From Anthoceros angustus (taxonomy: Eukaryota > Plantae > Anthocerotophyta): 64,000 nt of DNA. A program made the translations under genes and the position numbers. This document shows positions 12,139-27,611 of this stretch, piece after piece. The first letter of the stretch is position 1; the number at the start of each line of letters is the position of its first letter. The stretch spans positions 868,001 to 932,000 of the forward strand of contig VJWM01000108.1 in the NCBI GenBank assembly GCA_010909165.1, written 5' to 3'. A model generated the notes under the pieces. The model was not told the origin of the DNA. It made no database searches and saw only the letters and a program-made list of their open reading frames with translations.

Positions 12139-12435
12139 TTACTCACGATAAATTGAAGCAATCTCTTGAACAACTCTACATTGCAAGGAATATATCTCGT
12201 TGCCTTTTGAAGAAAGCCAAACTCACCTCCGTATAGTCTAATAAGGGCCTGAACAAGGCATGGTTGAGCTCGTCAATGAAAGAGGAAACCTAATCCTTTC
12301 ATCCCCACCTCCACAACTATGTACCCTTTCATAGGCTTCTTGCTTTCTTTTCCATTGCTATCCTCATCACATGCATTACTTCTAAGACCCAAAGAACGGC
12401 TTTAGAAAGTTCATGGAGCTTTGTTTTGATTTCAT
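12139..12435 (-). CDS. SAUR: SAUR copy 4 (frameshifted as written)
   Basis: Near-identical to the consensus; ATG at 12435, TAA at 12139. Confidence 0.8.
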
Positions 12436-15071
12436 TTTGAACTATCAATTTGGTTCTTTGCCAAGAACAAGTGCTATTTTTTGCAAGAACTCAGATACTC
12501 ACTTTATATGATATATCGTCTTTTCCTACCATGATATACATATATATAGCATATTATCTCAAGTGAGGAATCACTCTTTATGGTAGTCTTTCATACTAAG
12601 ACATGCATGTATAGCATACTATCTTAGAAGTGTAACTACTTTTTATGATAGTCTTTTCCACCAAGACATACATATATAGCATACAAATATCTCCTTGGAT
12701 CTTGACCTCACGTGATCTACCAAAATAGAAGGAAAATAAAATAAGAAATAAAATAATGTTAATTCTAGAATTTAAAGGATACCTTATGAATTGGGCCTTA
12801 ATATGTCAAATATTTCAGCACTCTCACCCACTATTTCACCACTCTCACTCACTATGAAGTAGGGATGAAAATTAGCTACCTAAAGAGCCAAACGAGAGCC
12901 TAACTCCCACTAAGCAGAAACTAGGTGCTTAAGAACATACTCCAACCTTAAGTTCATAAAGAAATGAATTAAGCTAGAGGAAAACATTTCCAAAAATATG
13001 TTTTAAATACAAGGAAAACATGAATACGGAAATGCCTAGATAGCTCAATATGAGTATCCGGAATATCAATTGCTTAAAATAAGCGGAATAATGTCGGATG
13101 GCCCATCTACCAACCGAAACGGGTGCATAGGAAACTGTTGCAATCCATCTATGATAGGTGTTGGCTGGCTGATGCAAGCGTGGCCATGGCGCCTTGCAAA
13201 TCGACCACGAGGCACCTATATTGCGAGGCACCGGCTCTCGGTACTCTACACACACCTCGGCGGTGGCGGCAATGGCGGCCTCCCTCCACCCACCTTGCAC
13301 TCCGTGTAGCCTTGATATTACAAATATAGTATTTTTAGCACCATAGGCACTTACGGAAAACGTGCTTGGTATGCCTCGAACGCTTCACATGGGACACATG
13401 CAATTCTCATCACATGGATACCAGCCTCTTCACACACGTAGCAATGGGACGATGGCATTCTTGTCACCTACTCCTAGGGTAATTACATAAACCTTCTTTC
13501 ATAATCACCCGGTGGGAGCAGCGGTTGTAGAACCCCAAATTGTTTCCAATAGGCTTGGCTCACCACCTTCTCACACGTAGGCCAAGGTGTGTTTACGAGT
13601 ATCAGCTACACAAAACGATCATACATCGAGTTAGGCACATGCTTTTCAACCACATTAGAGAAAGAAGATAATCGCCTTAATACACTCAAGGGAAATCAAA
13701 TCGCCTATGTTACCTTTTTCTTTTTATCACCATTTTCTCCAACAATATTACCAAGCCCACACATTCCACATCATGTCATTAGATAAGGTCGACCCTTCGT
13801 GGACACGCCACCGACCGAACCATTCATCGCTATCCGGTTTGCCTCATAACCAGATGAATCGAACGTCATGCATATCGATCCAGCAACTTTTGTGTGCAGC
13901 AGTGTGCAAAAAAAGACATGAACTCGATATAGGCATCTTCACGAAAGTGGCAACACTGGTGACCAAGGGGCACGGCCGCAAGGTGTGAGGCGCGCCTTCA
14001 GTTCCAACAGGCGTGCGTCGATGCACACTTGCAGGCACGCTCTCAAGCATGTAGGCACGCCCTCAAGGATGCACGCGCGTCCACACACAGATGCATGTGC
14101 GCCTTTTCACATTGAGTTTGGCTGCCATTTCTTCATGCCATTCCATGGTTGCGGCATCTCGGGCGGATTGCCTTTTGGACCAAGCCCTACACACGACATC
14201 AACAGCGCAACATCTACGGATAGCAGCAACATTTTGGCGTCTGTAGCTTTGACCCACGGAGGCACTCAAGCACGAGGAAAAGCGGTTCATAAGTTCATTG
14301 TGCTTATCTCGCTTCTTTGGTCGCCTCCGCTTTGAAAAGGATCTAGAAGCTCTTACCACGCCGAGTGACTTGTGGAGTGAAGCGGGATCTTGATTGACGC
14401 CACGCGATTCCGTTGATCGGATAATGAGGATCGGAGTGGCGGTGCGTAGAAATCGTTGAGCTTTGCCCTCGCGGTCCGAGTAGATGAGTCCAAGCAGGCG
14501 GTGGTGTTATTGAGATCCTCCTCGGATCACACATTAGCGTGGACGCGTCAAAGTCTTGGGTTTTAGCATCTTGCAATATGTGTCATTGATGATACAGGAT
14601 GTACCCTCTACACTAGTACAAAAATCATGGCTCACGAAACCATGAAGAGAATCAAGGACTTGCTCAAAGGATCTTATGCATTGATTATAATAATAGAAAG
14701 TACATAATATTTGTGTGAAGTAGGTGTGTTATAGGTTGTTGTAACCAAAATAACCAATTAAGTAACTAATTAAATTACTTCTAGTCCTAAAAATTAAATA
14801 ATTTTAATTTCTAAAAATATCAATATCATTCAACACCAAATCTGCAGACTTGGTATACTAAACAATGTGGCGGTCCGGCCGTCTGCGATTTTCGAGCATT
14901 CTCCCATCATTACGTGAGCCAACTACTAGGGACTACAACATTATGAAATAGGAATCTACTCAATAATTTTTTTGTCATCGGGTTCAGCTCCGACACTTGT
15001 GACATAAAGCCAACTTCCGTGTGCAATGATAATGAAGAATGCTTTGATAGGTTGAAGTTGGTATGGGTGGC

Positions 15072-15365
15072 TTACTCGATAAATTGAAGCAATCTCTTGA
15101 ACAACTCTACATTGCAAGGAATATATCTCGTGCCTTTTGAAGAAAGCCAAACTCAGCCTCCGTATAGTCTAATAAGGGCTGAACAAGGCATGGTTGAGCT
15201 CGTCAATGAAAGAGGAAACCTAATCCTTTCATCCCCACCTCCACAACTATGTACCCTTTCATAGGCTTCTTGCTTTCTTTTCCATTGCTATCCTCATCAC
15301 ATGCATTACTTCTAAGACCCAAAGAACGGCTTTAGAAAGTTCATGGAGCTTTGTTTTGATTTCAT
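15072..15365 (-). CDS. SAUR: SAUR copy 5 (frameshifted as written)
   Basis: Near-identical to the consensus; ATG at 15365, TAA at 15072. Confidence 0.8.
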
Positions 15366-17987
15366 TTTGAACTATCAATTTGGTTCTTTGCAAGAACAAG
15401 TGCTATTTTTTTGCAAGAATCAGATACTCACTTTATATGATATATCGCCTTTCCTACCATGATATACATATATATAGCATATTATCTCAAGTGAGGAATC
15501 ACTCTTTATGGTAGTCTTTCATACTAAGACATGCATGTATAGCATACTATCTTAGAAGTGTAACTACTTTTTATGATAGTCTTTTCCACCAAGACATACA
15601 TATATAGCATACAAATATCTCCTTGGATCTTGACCTCACGTGATCTACCAAAATAGAAGGAAAATAAAATAAGAAATAAATAATGTTAATTCTAGAATTT
15701 AAAGGATACCTTATGAATTGGGCCTTAATATGTCAAATATTTCAGCACTCTCACCCACTATTTCACCACTCTCACTCACTATGAAGTAGGGATGAAAATT
15801 AGCTACCTAAAGAGCCAAAGCAGAGCCTAACTCCCACTAAGCAGAAACTAGGTGCTTAAGAACATACTCCAACCTTAAGTTCATAAAGAAATGAATTAAG
15901 CTAGAGGAAAACATTTCCAAAAATATGTTTTTAAATACAAGGAAAACATGAATACGGAAATGCCTAGATAGCTCAATATGAGTATCTGGAATATCAATTG
16001 CTTAAAATAAGCGGAATAATGTCGGATGGCCCATCTACCAACCGAAAACGGTGCATAGGGAAACTGTTGCAATCCATCTATGATAGGTGTTGGCTGGCTG
16101 ATGCAAGCGTGGCCATGGCGCCTTGCAAATCGACCACGAGAGCACCTATATTGCGAGGAGGCACGCGGCTCGGTACTCTACACACCTCGGCGGTGGCGGC
16201 AATGGCGGCCTCCTCCACCCACCTTGCCCGCACTCCGTGTAGCCTTGATATTACAAATATAGTATTTTTAGCACCATAGGCACTTACGGAAAACGTGCTT
16301 GGTATGCCCTCGAACGCTTCACATGGGACACATGCAATTCTCATCACATGGATACCACCTCTTCACACACGTAGCAATGGGACGATGGCATTCTTGTCAC
16401 CTACTCCTAGGGTAATTACATAAACCTTCTTTTCATAATCACCGGTGGGAGCAGGCGGGGTTGTAGAACCCCAAATTGTTTCCAATAGGCTTGGCACCAC
16501 CACCTTCTCACACGTAGGCCAAGGTGTGTTTACAGAGCATCACTACACAAAGCAGCAGATCATACATCAAAGTTAGGCACATGCTTTTCAACCACATTAG
16601 AGAAAGAAGATAATCGCCTTAATACACTCAAGGGAAATCAAATCGCCTATGTTACCTTTTTCTTTTTATCACCATTTTCTCCAACAATATTACCAAGCCC
16701 ACACATTCCACATCATGTCATTAGATAAGGTCGGACCCTTCGTGGACACGCCACCGACTGAACCATTCATCGCCTATCCGTTTTGCCTCATAGCCGGATG
16801 AATCGAACGTCATGCATATCGATCCAACAACTTTGTGTGCGGTGTGCAAAAAGACATGAACTCGATATAGGCATCTTCACGAAAGTGGCAACACCGGTGA
16901 CCAAGGGGCACGCAGGTGTGAGGCGCGCCGGTTCCAACAGCGTGCGTCGATGCACACTTGCAGCACGCTCTCAAGCATGTAGGCACGCCTCAAGGATGCA
17001 CGCGTCCACACATGCATGTGCGCCTTTTCACATTGAGTTTGGCTGCCGTTTCTTCATGCCATTCCATGGTTGCGACATCTCGGACAGATTGCCTTTTGGA
17101 CAAAGCCCTACACGACATCAACAGCAGCAACATCTCCGGATAGCAGCAACATTTTGGCGTCAGAAGCTTTGACCCACGGAGGCACTCAAGCACGAGGAAA
17201 AGCAGTTCATAAGTTCATTGTGCTTATCTCGCTTCTTTGGTCGCCTCCGCTTTGAAAAGGATCTAGAAGCTCTTACCACGCCGAGTGACTTGTGGAGTGA
17301 AGCGGGATCTTGATTGGCCTTCACGCGATTCCGTTGATCGGATAATGAGGATCGGAGTGGCGGCACGAGGGAAATCGTTGAGCTTGCCCTCGCGACGGTC
17401 CGAGTAGATGAGTCCAGGCAGGCGGTGGTGTTATTGAGATCCTCCTCGATCACACATTAGCGTGGACGCGTCAAAGTCTTGGGTTTTAGCATCTTGCAAT
17501 ATGTGTCATTGATGATACAGGATGTACCCTCTACACTAGTACAAAAATCATGGCTCAAACCATGAAGAGAATCAAGGACTTGCTCAAAGGATCTTATGCA
17601 TTGATTATAATAATAGAAAGTACATAATATTTGTGTGAAGTAGGTGTGTTATAGGTTGTTGTAACCAAAATAACCAATTAAGTAACTAATTAAATTACTT
17701 CTAGTCCTAAAAATTAAATAATTTTAATTTCTAAAATATCAATATCATTCAACACCAAATCTGCAGACTTGGTATACTAAACAATGTGGCGGTCTGGCCG
17801 TGCGATTTTCGAGCATTCTCCCATCATTACGTGAGCCAACTACTAGGGACTACAACATTATGAAATAGGAATCTACTCAATAATTTTTTGTCATCGGGTT
17901 CAGCTCCGACACTTGTGACATAAAGCCAACTTCCGTGTGCAATGATAATGAAGAATGCTTTGATAGGTTGAAGTTGGTATGGGTGGC

Positions 17988-18282
17988 TTACTCGATAAAT
18001 TGAAGCAATCTCTTGAACAACTCTACATTGCAAGGAATATATCTCGTTGCCTTTTGAAGAAAGCCAAACTCAGCCTCCGTATAGTCTAATAAGGGCCTGA
18101 ACAAGGCATGGTTGAGCTCGCCCAATGAAAGAGGAAACCTAATCCTTTCATCCCCACCTCCACAACTATGTACCCTTTCATAGGCTTCTTGCTTTCTTTT
18201 CCATTGCTATCCTCATCACATGCATTACTTCTAAGACCCAGAACGGCTTTAGAAAGTTCATGGAGCTTTGTTTTGATTTCAT
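17988..18282 (-). CDS. SAUR: SAUR copy 6 (frameshifted as written)
   Basis: Near-identical to the consensus; ATG at 18282, TAA at 17988. Confidence 0.8.
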
Positions 18283-18975
18283 TTTGAACTATCAATTTGG
18301 TTCTTTGCAAGAACAAGTGCTATTTTTTGCAAGAACTGTATACTCACTTTATATGATATATCGTCTTTTCCTACCATGATATACATATATATAGCATATT
18401 ATCTCAAGTGAGGAATCACTCTTTATGGTAGTCTTTCATACTAAGACATGCATGTATAGCATACTATCTTAGAAGTGTAACTACTTTTTATGATAGTCTT
18501 TTCCACCAAGACATACATATATAGCATACAAATATCTCCTTGGATCTTGACCTCACGTGATCTACCAAAATAGAAGGAAAATAAAATAAGAAATAAATAA
18601 TGTTAATTCTAGAATTTAAAGGATACCTTATGAATTGGGCCTTAATATGTCAAATATTTCAGCACTCTCACCCACTATTTCACCACTCTCACTCACTATG
18701 AAGTAGGGATGAAAATTAGCTACCTAAAGAGCCAAACGACAGAGCCTAACTCCCACTAACAGAAACTAGGTGCTTAAGAACATACTCCAACCTTAAGTTC
18801 ATAAAGAAATGAATTAAGCTAGAGGAAAACATTTCCAAAAATATGTTTTTAAATACAAGGAAAACATGAATACGGAAATGCCTAGATAGCTCAATATGAG
18901 TATCCCGGAATATCAATTGCTTAAAATAAACGGAATAATGTCGGATGGCCCATCTACCAACCAAAACGGTGCATA

Positions 18976-19125
18976 GGAAACCTAATCCTTTCATCCCCAC
19001 CTCCACAACTATGTACCCTTTCATAGGCTTCTTGCTTTCTTTTCCATTGCTATCCTCATCACATGCATTACTTCTAAGACCCAGAACGGCTTTAGAAAGT
19101 TCATGGAGCTTTGTTTTGATTTCAT
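18976..19125 (-). pseudogene. SAUR: SAUR 5'-half fragment inside an 843-bp sub-duplication
   Basis: SAUR sequence resumes at ggaaacctaatcc, fused to the gcatagg of the GC-rich segment. The C-terminal half is absent. Confidence 0.75.
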
Positions 19126-19818
19126 TTTGAACTATCAATTTGGTTCTTTGCAAGAACAAGTGCTATTTTTTGCAAGAACTGTATACTCACTTTATATGAT
19201 ATATCGTCTTTTCCTACCATGATATACATATATATAGCATATTATCTCAAGTGAGGAATCACTCTTTATGGTAGTCTTTCATACTAAGACATGCATGTAT
19301 AGCATACTATCTTAGAAGTGTAACTACTTTTTATGATAGTCTTTTCCACCAAGACATACATATATAGCATACAAATATCTCCTTGGATCTTGACCTCACG
19401 TGATCTACCAAAATAGAAGGAAAATAAAATAAGAAATAAATAATGTTAATTCTAGAATTTAAAGGATACCTTATGAATTGGGCCTTAATATGTCAAATAT
19501 TTCAGCACTCTCACCCACTATTTCACCACTCTCACTCACTATGAAGTAGGGATGAAAATTAGCTACCTAAAGAGCCAAACGACAGAGCCTAACTCCCACT
19601 AACAGAAACTAGGTGCTTAAGAACATACTCCAACCTTAAGTTCATAAAGAAATGAATTAAGCTAGAGGAAAACATTTCCAAAAATATGTTTTTAAATACA
19701 AGGAAAACATGAATACGGAAATGCCTAGATAGCTCAATATGAGTATCCCGGAATATCAATTGCTTAAAATAAACGGAATAATGTCGGATGGCCCATCTAC
19801 CAACCAAAACGGTGCATA

Positions 19819-19968
19819 GGAAACCTAATCCTTTCATCCCCACCTCCACAACTATGTACCCTTTCATAGGCTTCTTGCTTTCTTTTCCATTGCTATCCTC
19901 ATCACATGCATTACTTCTAAGACCCAGAACGGCTTTAGAAAGTTCATGGAGCTTTGTTTTGATTTCAT
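19819..19968 (-). pseudogene. SAUR: Second SAUR 5'-half fragment (843-bp repeat of the previous one)
   Basis: ORFs 18746-19159 and 19589-20002 have identical translations and lie 843 bp apart. Confidence 0.75.
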
Positions 19969-22900
19969 TTTGAACTATCAATTTGGTTCTTTGCAAGAAC
20001 AAGTGCTATTTTTTGCAAGAACTGTATACTCACTTTATATGATATATCGTCTTTTCCTACCATGATATACATATATATAGCATATTATCTCAAGTGAGGA
20101 ATCACTCTTTATGGTAGTCTTTCATACTAAGACATGCATGTATAGCATACTATCTTAGAAGTGTAACTACTTTTTATGATAGTCTTTTCCACCAAGACAT
20201 ACATATATAGCATACAAATATCTCCTTGGATCTTGACCTCACGTGATCTACCAAAATAGAAGGAAAATAAAATAAGAAATAAATAATGTTAATTCTAGAA
20301 TTTAAAGGATACCTTATGAATTGGGCCTTAATATGTCAAATATTTCAGCACTCTCACCCACTATTTCACCACTCTCACTCACTATGAAGTAGGGATGAAA
20401 ATTAGCTACCTAAAGAGCCAAACCACAGAGCCTAACTCCCACTAACAGAAACTAGGTGCTTAAGAACATACTCCAACCTTAAGTTCATAAAGAAATGAAT
20501 TAAGCTAGAGGAAAACATTTCCAAAAATATGTTTTTAAATACAAGGAAAACATGAATACGGAAATGCCTAGATAGCTCAATATGAGTATCCTGAATATCA
20601 ATTGCTTAAAATAAACGGAATAATGTCGGATGGCCCATCTACCAACCGAAAACGGTGCATAGGGAAACCTGCAATCCATCTATGATAGGTGTTGGCTGGT
20701 GATGCAAGCGTGGCCATGGCGCCTTGCAAATCGACCACGAGAGCACCTATATTGCGAGTGGGCTCTCGGTACTCTACACACCTCGGCGGTGGCGGCAATG
20801 GCGGCCTCCCTCCACCCACCTTGCCTCCGTGTAGCCTTGATATTACAAATATAGTATTTTTAGCACCATAGGCACTTACGGAAAACGTGCTTGGTATGCC
20901 CTCGAAACGCTTCACATGGGACACATGCAATTCTCATCACATGGATACCTCTTCACACACGTAGCAATGGGACGATGGCATTCTTGTCACCTACTCCTAG
21001 GGTAATTACATAAACCTTCTTTTCATAATCACCCAGTGGGAGCAGGCCAGGGTTGTAGAACCCCAAATTGCTTCCAATAGGCTTGGCAGTCACCACCTTC
21101 TCACACGTAGGCCAAGGTGTGTTTACAGTAGCATCAGCTACACAAAACGACAGTCATACATCAGGTTAGGCACATGCTTTTCAACCACATTAGAGAAAGA
21201 AGATAATCGCCTTAATACAGTCAAGGGAAATCAAATCTGCCTATGTTACCTTTTTCTTTTTATCACCATTTTCTCCAACAATATTACCAAGCCCACACAT
21301 TCCACACCATGTCATTAGATAAGGTCAGACCCTTCGTGGACACGCCACCGACCGAACCATTCATCGCCTATCCGCTTTGCCTCATAGCCGATGAATCGAG
21401 CGTCATGCATATCGATCCAACAACTTTTGTGTGCGGCGGTGTGCAAAAAAGACATGAACTCGATATAGGCATCTTCACGAAAGTGGCAACACTGGTGACC
21501 AAGGGGCACGGCCGCAAGGTGTGAGGCGCGCCGGTTCCAACAGCGTGCGTCGATGCACACTGCGAGCGCCTCAAGCATGTAGGCACGCCCTCAAGGATGC
21601 AGCGTCCACACACGAGATGCATGTGCGCCTTTTCACATTGAGTTTGGCTGCGTTTCTTCATGCCATTCCATGGTTGCGGCATCTCGGGCAGATTGCCTTT
21701 TGGATGCAAGCCCTACACACGACATCAACGGCAACATCTCGGATAGCAGCAACATTTTGGCGTCAGAGCTTTGACCCACGGAGGCACTCAAGCACGAGCG
21801 GTTCATAAGTTCATTGTGCTTATCTCGCTTCTTTGGTCGTCTGGTTTTGAAAAGGATCTAGAAGCTCTTACCACGCCGAGTGACTTGTGGAGTGAAGCAG
21901 ATCTTGATTGACGCCACGCGATTCCGTTGGATCGGATAATGAGGATCGGAGTGGCGGCACGAGAAATCGTTGAGCTTTGCCCTCGCGGTCCGGTAGATGA
22001 GTCGAGCAGGCGGTGGTGTTATTGAGATCCTCCTCGGATCACACATTAGCGTGGACGCGTCAAAGTCTTGGGTTTTAGCATCTTGCAATATGTGTCATTG
22101 ATGATACGGATGTACCTCTACACTAGTACAAAAATCATGGCTCAAAACCATGAAGAGAATCAAGGACTTGCTCAAAGGATCTTATGCATTGATTATAATA
22201 ATAGAAAGTACATAATATTTGTGTGAAGTAGGTGTGTTATAGGTTGTTGTAACCAAATAACCAATTAAGTAACTAATTAAATTACTTCTAGTCCTAAAAT
22301 TAAATAATTTTAATTTCTAAAATATCAATATCATTCAACACCAAATCAGACTTGGTATACTAAACAATGTGGCGGTCCGGCCGTCTGCGATTTTCAGCAT
22401 TCTCCCATCATTACGTGAGCCAACTACTAGGGACTACAACATTATGAAATAGGAATCTACTCAATAATTTTTTTGTCATCGGGTTCAGCTCGACACTTGT
22501 GACATAAAGAAATGAATTAAGCTAGAGGAAAACATTTCCAAAAATATGTTTTTAAATACAAGGAAAACATGAATACGGAAATGCCTAGATAGCTCAATAT
22601 GAGTATCCTGAATATCAATTGCTTAAAATAAACGGAATAATGTCGGATGGCCCATCTACCAACCAAAACGGTGCATAGGGAAACCTGCAATCCATCTATG
22701 ATAGGTGTTGGCTGATGCAAGCGTGGCCATGGCGCCTTGCAAATCGACCACGAGCACCTATATTGCAGTGGAGGCACGCCTCATACTCTACACACCTCGG
22801 CGGTGGCGGCAATGGCGGCCTCCTCCACCCACCTTGCCCGCACTCCGTGTAGCCTTGATATTACAAATATAGTATTTTTAGCACCATAGGCACTTACGGA

Positions 22901-24585
22901 AAACGTGCTTGGTATGCCTCAAACGCTTCACATGGGACACATGCAATTCTCATCACATGGATACCACTCTTCACACACGTAGCAACTGGGACGATGGCAT
23001 TCTTGTCACCTACTCCTAGGGTAATTACATAAACCTTCTTTCATAATCACCGGTGGGAGCAGGCCGGTTGTAGAACCCCAAATTGTTTCCAATAGGCTTG
23101 GCCACCACCTTCTCACACGTAGGCCAAGGTGTGTTTACGAGCATCACCTACACAAAACGATACCATACATCAAAGTTAGGCACATGCTTTTCAACCACAT
23201 TAGAGAAAGAAGATAATCGCCTTAATACACTCAAGGGAAATCAAATCGCCTATGTTACCTTTTTCTTTTTATCACCATTTTCTCCAACAATATTACCAAG
23301 CCCACACATTCCACATCATGTCATTAGATAAGGTCGACCCTTCGTGGACACGCCACCGACCGAACCATTCATCGCCTATCCGGTTTTGCCTCATAGCCGA
23401 TGAATCGACGTCATGCATATCGATCCAACAACTTTTGTGTGCAGCAGGGTGCAAAAAAAGACATGAACTCGATATAGGCATCTTCACGAAAGTGGCAACA
23501 CTGGTGACCAAGGGGCACGGCCGCAAGGTGTGAGGCGCCGGTTCCAACAGCGTGGCCGATGCACACTTGCGTGCACGCTCAAGCATGTAGGCACGCCTCA
23601 AGGATGCACGCGTCCACACGGATGCATGTGCGCCTTTTCACATTGAGTTTGGCTGCCGCTTTCTTCATGCCATTCCATGGTTGCGGCATCTCCGGACAGA
23701 TTGCCTTTTGGATGAAGCCTACACACGACATCAGCAGCAACATCTACGGATAGCAACATTTTGGCGTCAGAGCTTTGACCCACGGAGGCACTCAAGCACG
23801 AGGAAAAGTTCATAAGTTCATTGTGCTTATCTCGCTTCTTTGGTCGTCTCCGCTTTGAAAAGGATCTAGAAGCTCTTACCACGCCGAGTGACTTGTGGAG
23901 TGAAGGGATCTTGATTGACGCCACGCGATTCCGCTGATCGGATAATGAGGATCGGAGTGGCGGCACGAGAAATCGTTGAGCTTTGCCTCGCGGTCCGAGT
24001 AGATGAGTCGAGCAGGCGGTGGTGTTATTGAGATCCTCCTCGGATCACACATTAGCGTGGACCGCGTCAAAGTCTTGGGTTTTAGCATCTTGCAATATGT
24101 GTCATTGATGATACATGTGATGTACCCTCTACACTAGTACAAAAATCATGGCTCAAAACCATGAAGAGAATCAAGGACTTGCTCAAAGGATCTTATGCAT
24201 TGATTATAATAATAGAAAGTACATAATATTTGTGTGAAGTAGGTGTGTTATAGGTTGTTGTAACCAAATAACCAATTAAGTAACTAATTAAATTACTTCT
24301 AGTCCTAAAATTAAATAATTTTAATTTCTAAAATATCAATATCATTCAACACCAACTGCAGACTTGGTATACTAAACAATGTGGCGGTCCGGCTGCTCAT
24401 GATTTTCGAGCATTCTCCCATCATTACGTGAGCCAACTACTAGGGACTACAACATTATGAAATAGGAATCTACTCAATAATTTTTTTGTCATCGGGTTCA
24501 GCTCCGACACTTGTGACATAAAGCCAACTTCCGTGTGCAATGATAATGAAGAATGCTTTGATAGGTTGAAGTTGGTATGGGTGGC

Positions 24586-24879
24586 TTACTCGATAAATTG
24601 AAGCAATCTCTTGAACAACTCTACATTGCAAGGAATATATCTCGTTGCCTTTTGAAGAAAGCCAAACTCAGCCTCCGTGATAGTCTAATAAGGGCTGAAC
24701 AAGGCATGGTTGAGCTCGTCAATGAAAGAGGAAACCTAATCCTTTCATCCCCACCTCCACAACTATGTACCCTTTCATAGGCTTCTTGCTTTCTTTTCCA
24801 TTGCTATCCTCATCACATGCATTACTTCTAAGACCCAAAGCGGCTTTAGAAAGTTCATGGAGCTTTGTTTTGATTTCAT
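24586..24879 (-). CDS. SAUR: SAUR copy 7 (frameshifted as written)
   Basis: Near-identical to the consensus; ATG at 24879, TAA at 24586. Confidence 0.8.
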
Positions 24880-27611
24880 TTTGAACTATCAATTTGGTTG
24901 CAAGAACAAGTGCTATTTTTTTGCAAGAACTGTATACTCACTTTATATGATATATCGTCTTTTCCTACCATGATATACATATATATAGCATATTATCTCA
25001 AGTGAGGAATCACTCTTTATGGTAGTCTTTCATACTAAGACATGCATGTATAGCATACTATCTTAGAAGTGTAACTACTTTTTATGATAGTCTTTTCCAC
25101 CAAGACATACATATATAGCATACAAATATCTCCTTGGATCTTGACCTCACGTGATCTACCAAAATAGAAGGAAAATAAAATAAGAAATAAATAATGTTAA
25201 TTCTAGAATTTAAAGGATACCTTATGAATTGGGCCTTAATATGTCAAATATTTCAGCACTCTCACCCACTATTTCACCACTCTCACTCACTATGAAGTAG
25301 GGATGAAAATTAGCTACCTAAAGAGCCAAACGATGAGCCTAACTCCCACTAAACAGAAACTAGGTGCTTAAGAACATACTCCAACCTTAAGTTCATAAAG
25401 AAATGAATTAAGCTAGAGGAAAACATTTCCAAAAATATGTTTTAAATACAAGGAAAACATGAATACGGAAATGCCTAGATAGCTCAATATGAGTATCCCG
25501 GAATATCAATTGCTTAAAATAAACGGAATAATGTCGGATGGCCCATCTACCAACCGAAAACGGGTGCATAGGGAAACCTGTTGCAATCCATCTATGATAG
25601 GTGTTGGCTGGCTATGCAAGCGTGGCCATGGCGCCTTGCAAATCGACCAGAGCACCTATATTGCGAGGCACGGCTCTCGGTACTCTACACACCTCGGCGG
25701 TGGCGGCAATGGCGGCCTCCCTCCACCCACCTTGCCTCCGTGTAGCCTTGATATTACAAATATAGTATTTTTAGCACCATAGGCACTTACGAAACGTGCT
25801 TGGTATGCCCTCAAACGCTTCACATGGGACACATGCAATTCTCATCACATGGATACCACCTCTTCACACACGTAGCAATGGGACGATGGCATTCTTGTCA
25901 CCTACTCCTAGGGTAATTACATAAACCTTCTTTTCATAATCACCCGGTGGGAGCAGCCGGTTGTAGAACCCCAAATTGTTTCCAATAGGCTTGGTCACCA
26001 CCTTCTCACCACGTAGGCCAAGGTGTGTTTACTGAGCATCGCCTACACAAAAGCACGATCATACATCGTTAGGCACATGCTTTTCAACCACATTAGAGAA
26101 AGAAGATAATCGCCTTAATACACTCAAGGGAAATCAAATGCACTATGTTACCTTTTTCTTTTTATCACCATTTTCTCCAACAATATTACCAAGCCCACAC
26201 ATTCCACATCATGTCATTAGATAAGGTCGACCCTTCGTGGACACGCCACCGACCGAACCATTCATCGACTATCCGGTTTGCCTCATAGCCGATGAATCGA
26301 GCGTCATGCATATCGATCCAACAACTTTTGTGTGCAGCGGTGTGCAAAAAGACATGAACTCGATATAGGCATCTTCACGAAAGTGGCAACACTGGTGACC
26401 AAGGGCACGGCCGCAGGTGTGAGGCGCGCCGGTTCCAGCGTGCGTCGATGCACACTTGCGAGCACGCCTCAAGCATGTAGGCACGCCCTCAAGGATGCAC
26501 GCGTCCACACACGATGCATGCGCCTTTTCACATTGAGTTTGGCTGCCGTTTCTTCATGCCATTCCATGGTTGCGCATCTCCGGACAGGATTGCCTTTTGG
26601 ATGAAGCCCTACACACGACATCAGCAGCAACATCTCTAGATAGCGGCAACATTTTGGCGTCAGAGCTTTGACCCACGGAGGCACTCAAGAAAGCGGTTCA
26701 TAAGTTCATTGTGCTTATCTCGCCTTTTGGATGAAGCCCTACACACGACATCAGCAGCAACATCTCTAGATAGCAGCAACATTTTGGCGTCAGCTTTGAC
26801 CCAGGCACTCAAGCACGAGGAAAAGCAGTTCATAAGTTCATTGTGCTTATCTCGCTTCTTTGGTCGTCTCCGCTTTGAAAAGGATCTAGAAGCTCTTACC
26901 ACGCCGGTGACTTGTGGAGTGAAGCGGGATCTTGATTGACGCCACGCGATTCCGTTGGATAATGAGGATCGGAGTGGCGGTGCACGTAGGAAATCGTTGA
27001 GCTTTGCCTCGCGATCCCGAGTAGATGAGTCCAGGCAGGCGGTGGTGTTATTGAGATCCTCCCTCGGATCACACATTAGCGTGGACCGCGTCAAAGTCTT
27101 GGGTTTTAGCATCTTGCAATATGTGTCATTGATGATACATGTGATGTACCCTCTACACTAGTACAAAAATCATGGCTCGAAACCATGAAGAGAATCAAGG
27201 ACTTGCTCAAAGGATCTTATGCATTGATTATAATAATAGAAAGTACATAATATTTGTGTGAAGTAGGTGTGTTATAGGTTGTTGTAACCAAATAACCAAT
27301 TAAGTAACTAATTAAATTACTTCTAGTCCTAAAAATTAAATAATTTTAATTTCTAAAAATATCAATATCATTCAACACCAAATCTGCGGACTTGGTATAC
27401 TAAACAATGTGGCCATGCGGCGTCTGCGATTTTCGAGCATTCTCCCATCATTACGTGAGCCAACTACTAGGGACTACAACATTATGAAATAGGAATCTAC
27501 TCAATAATTTTTTTGTCATCGGGTTCAGCTCGACACTTGTGACATAAAGCCAACTTCCGTGTGCAATGATAATGAAGAATGCTTTGATAGGTTGAAGTTG
27601 GTATGGGTGGC

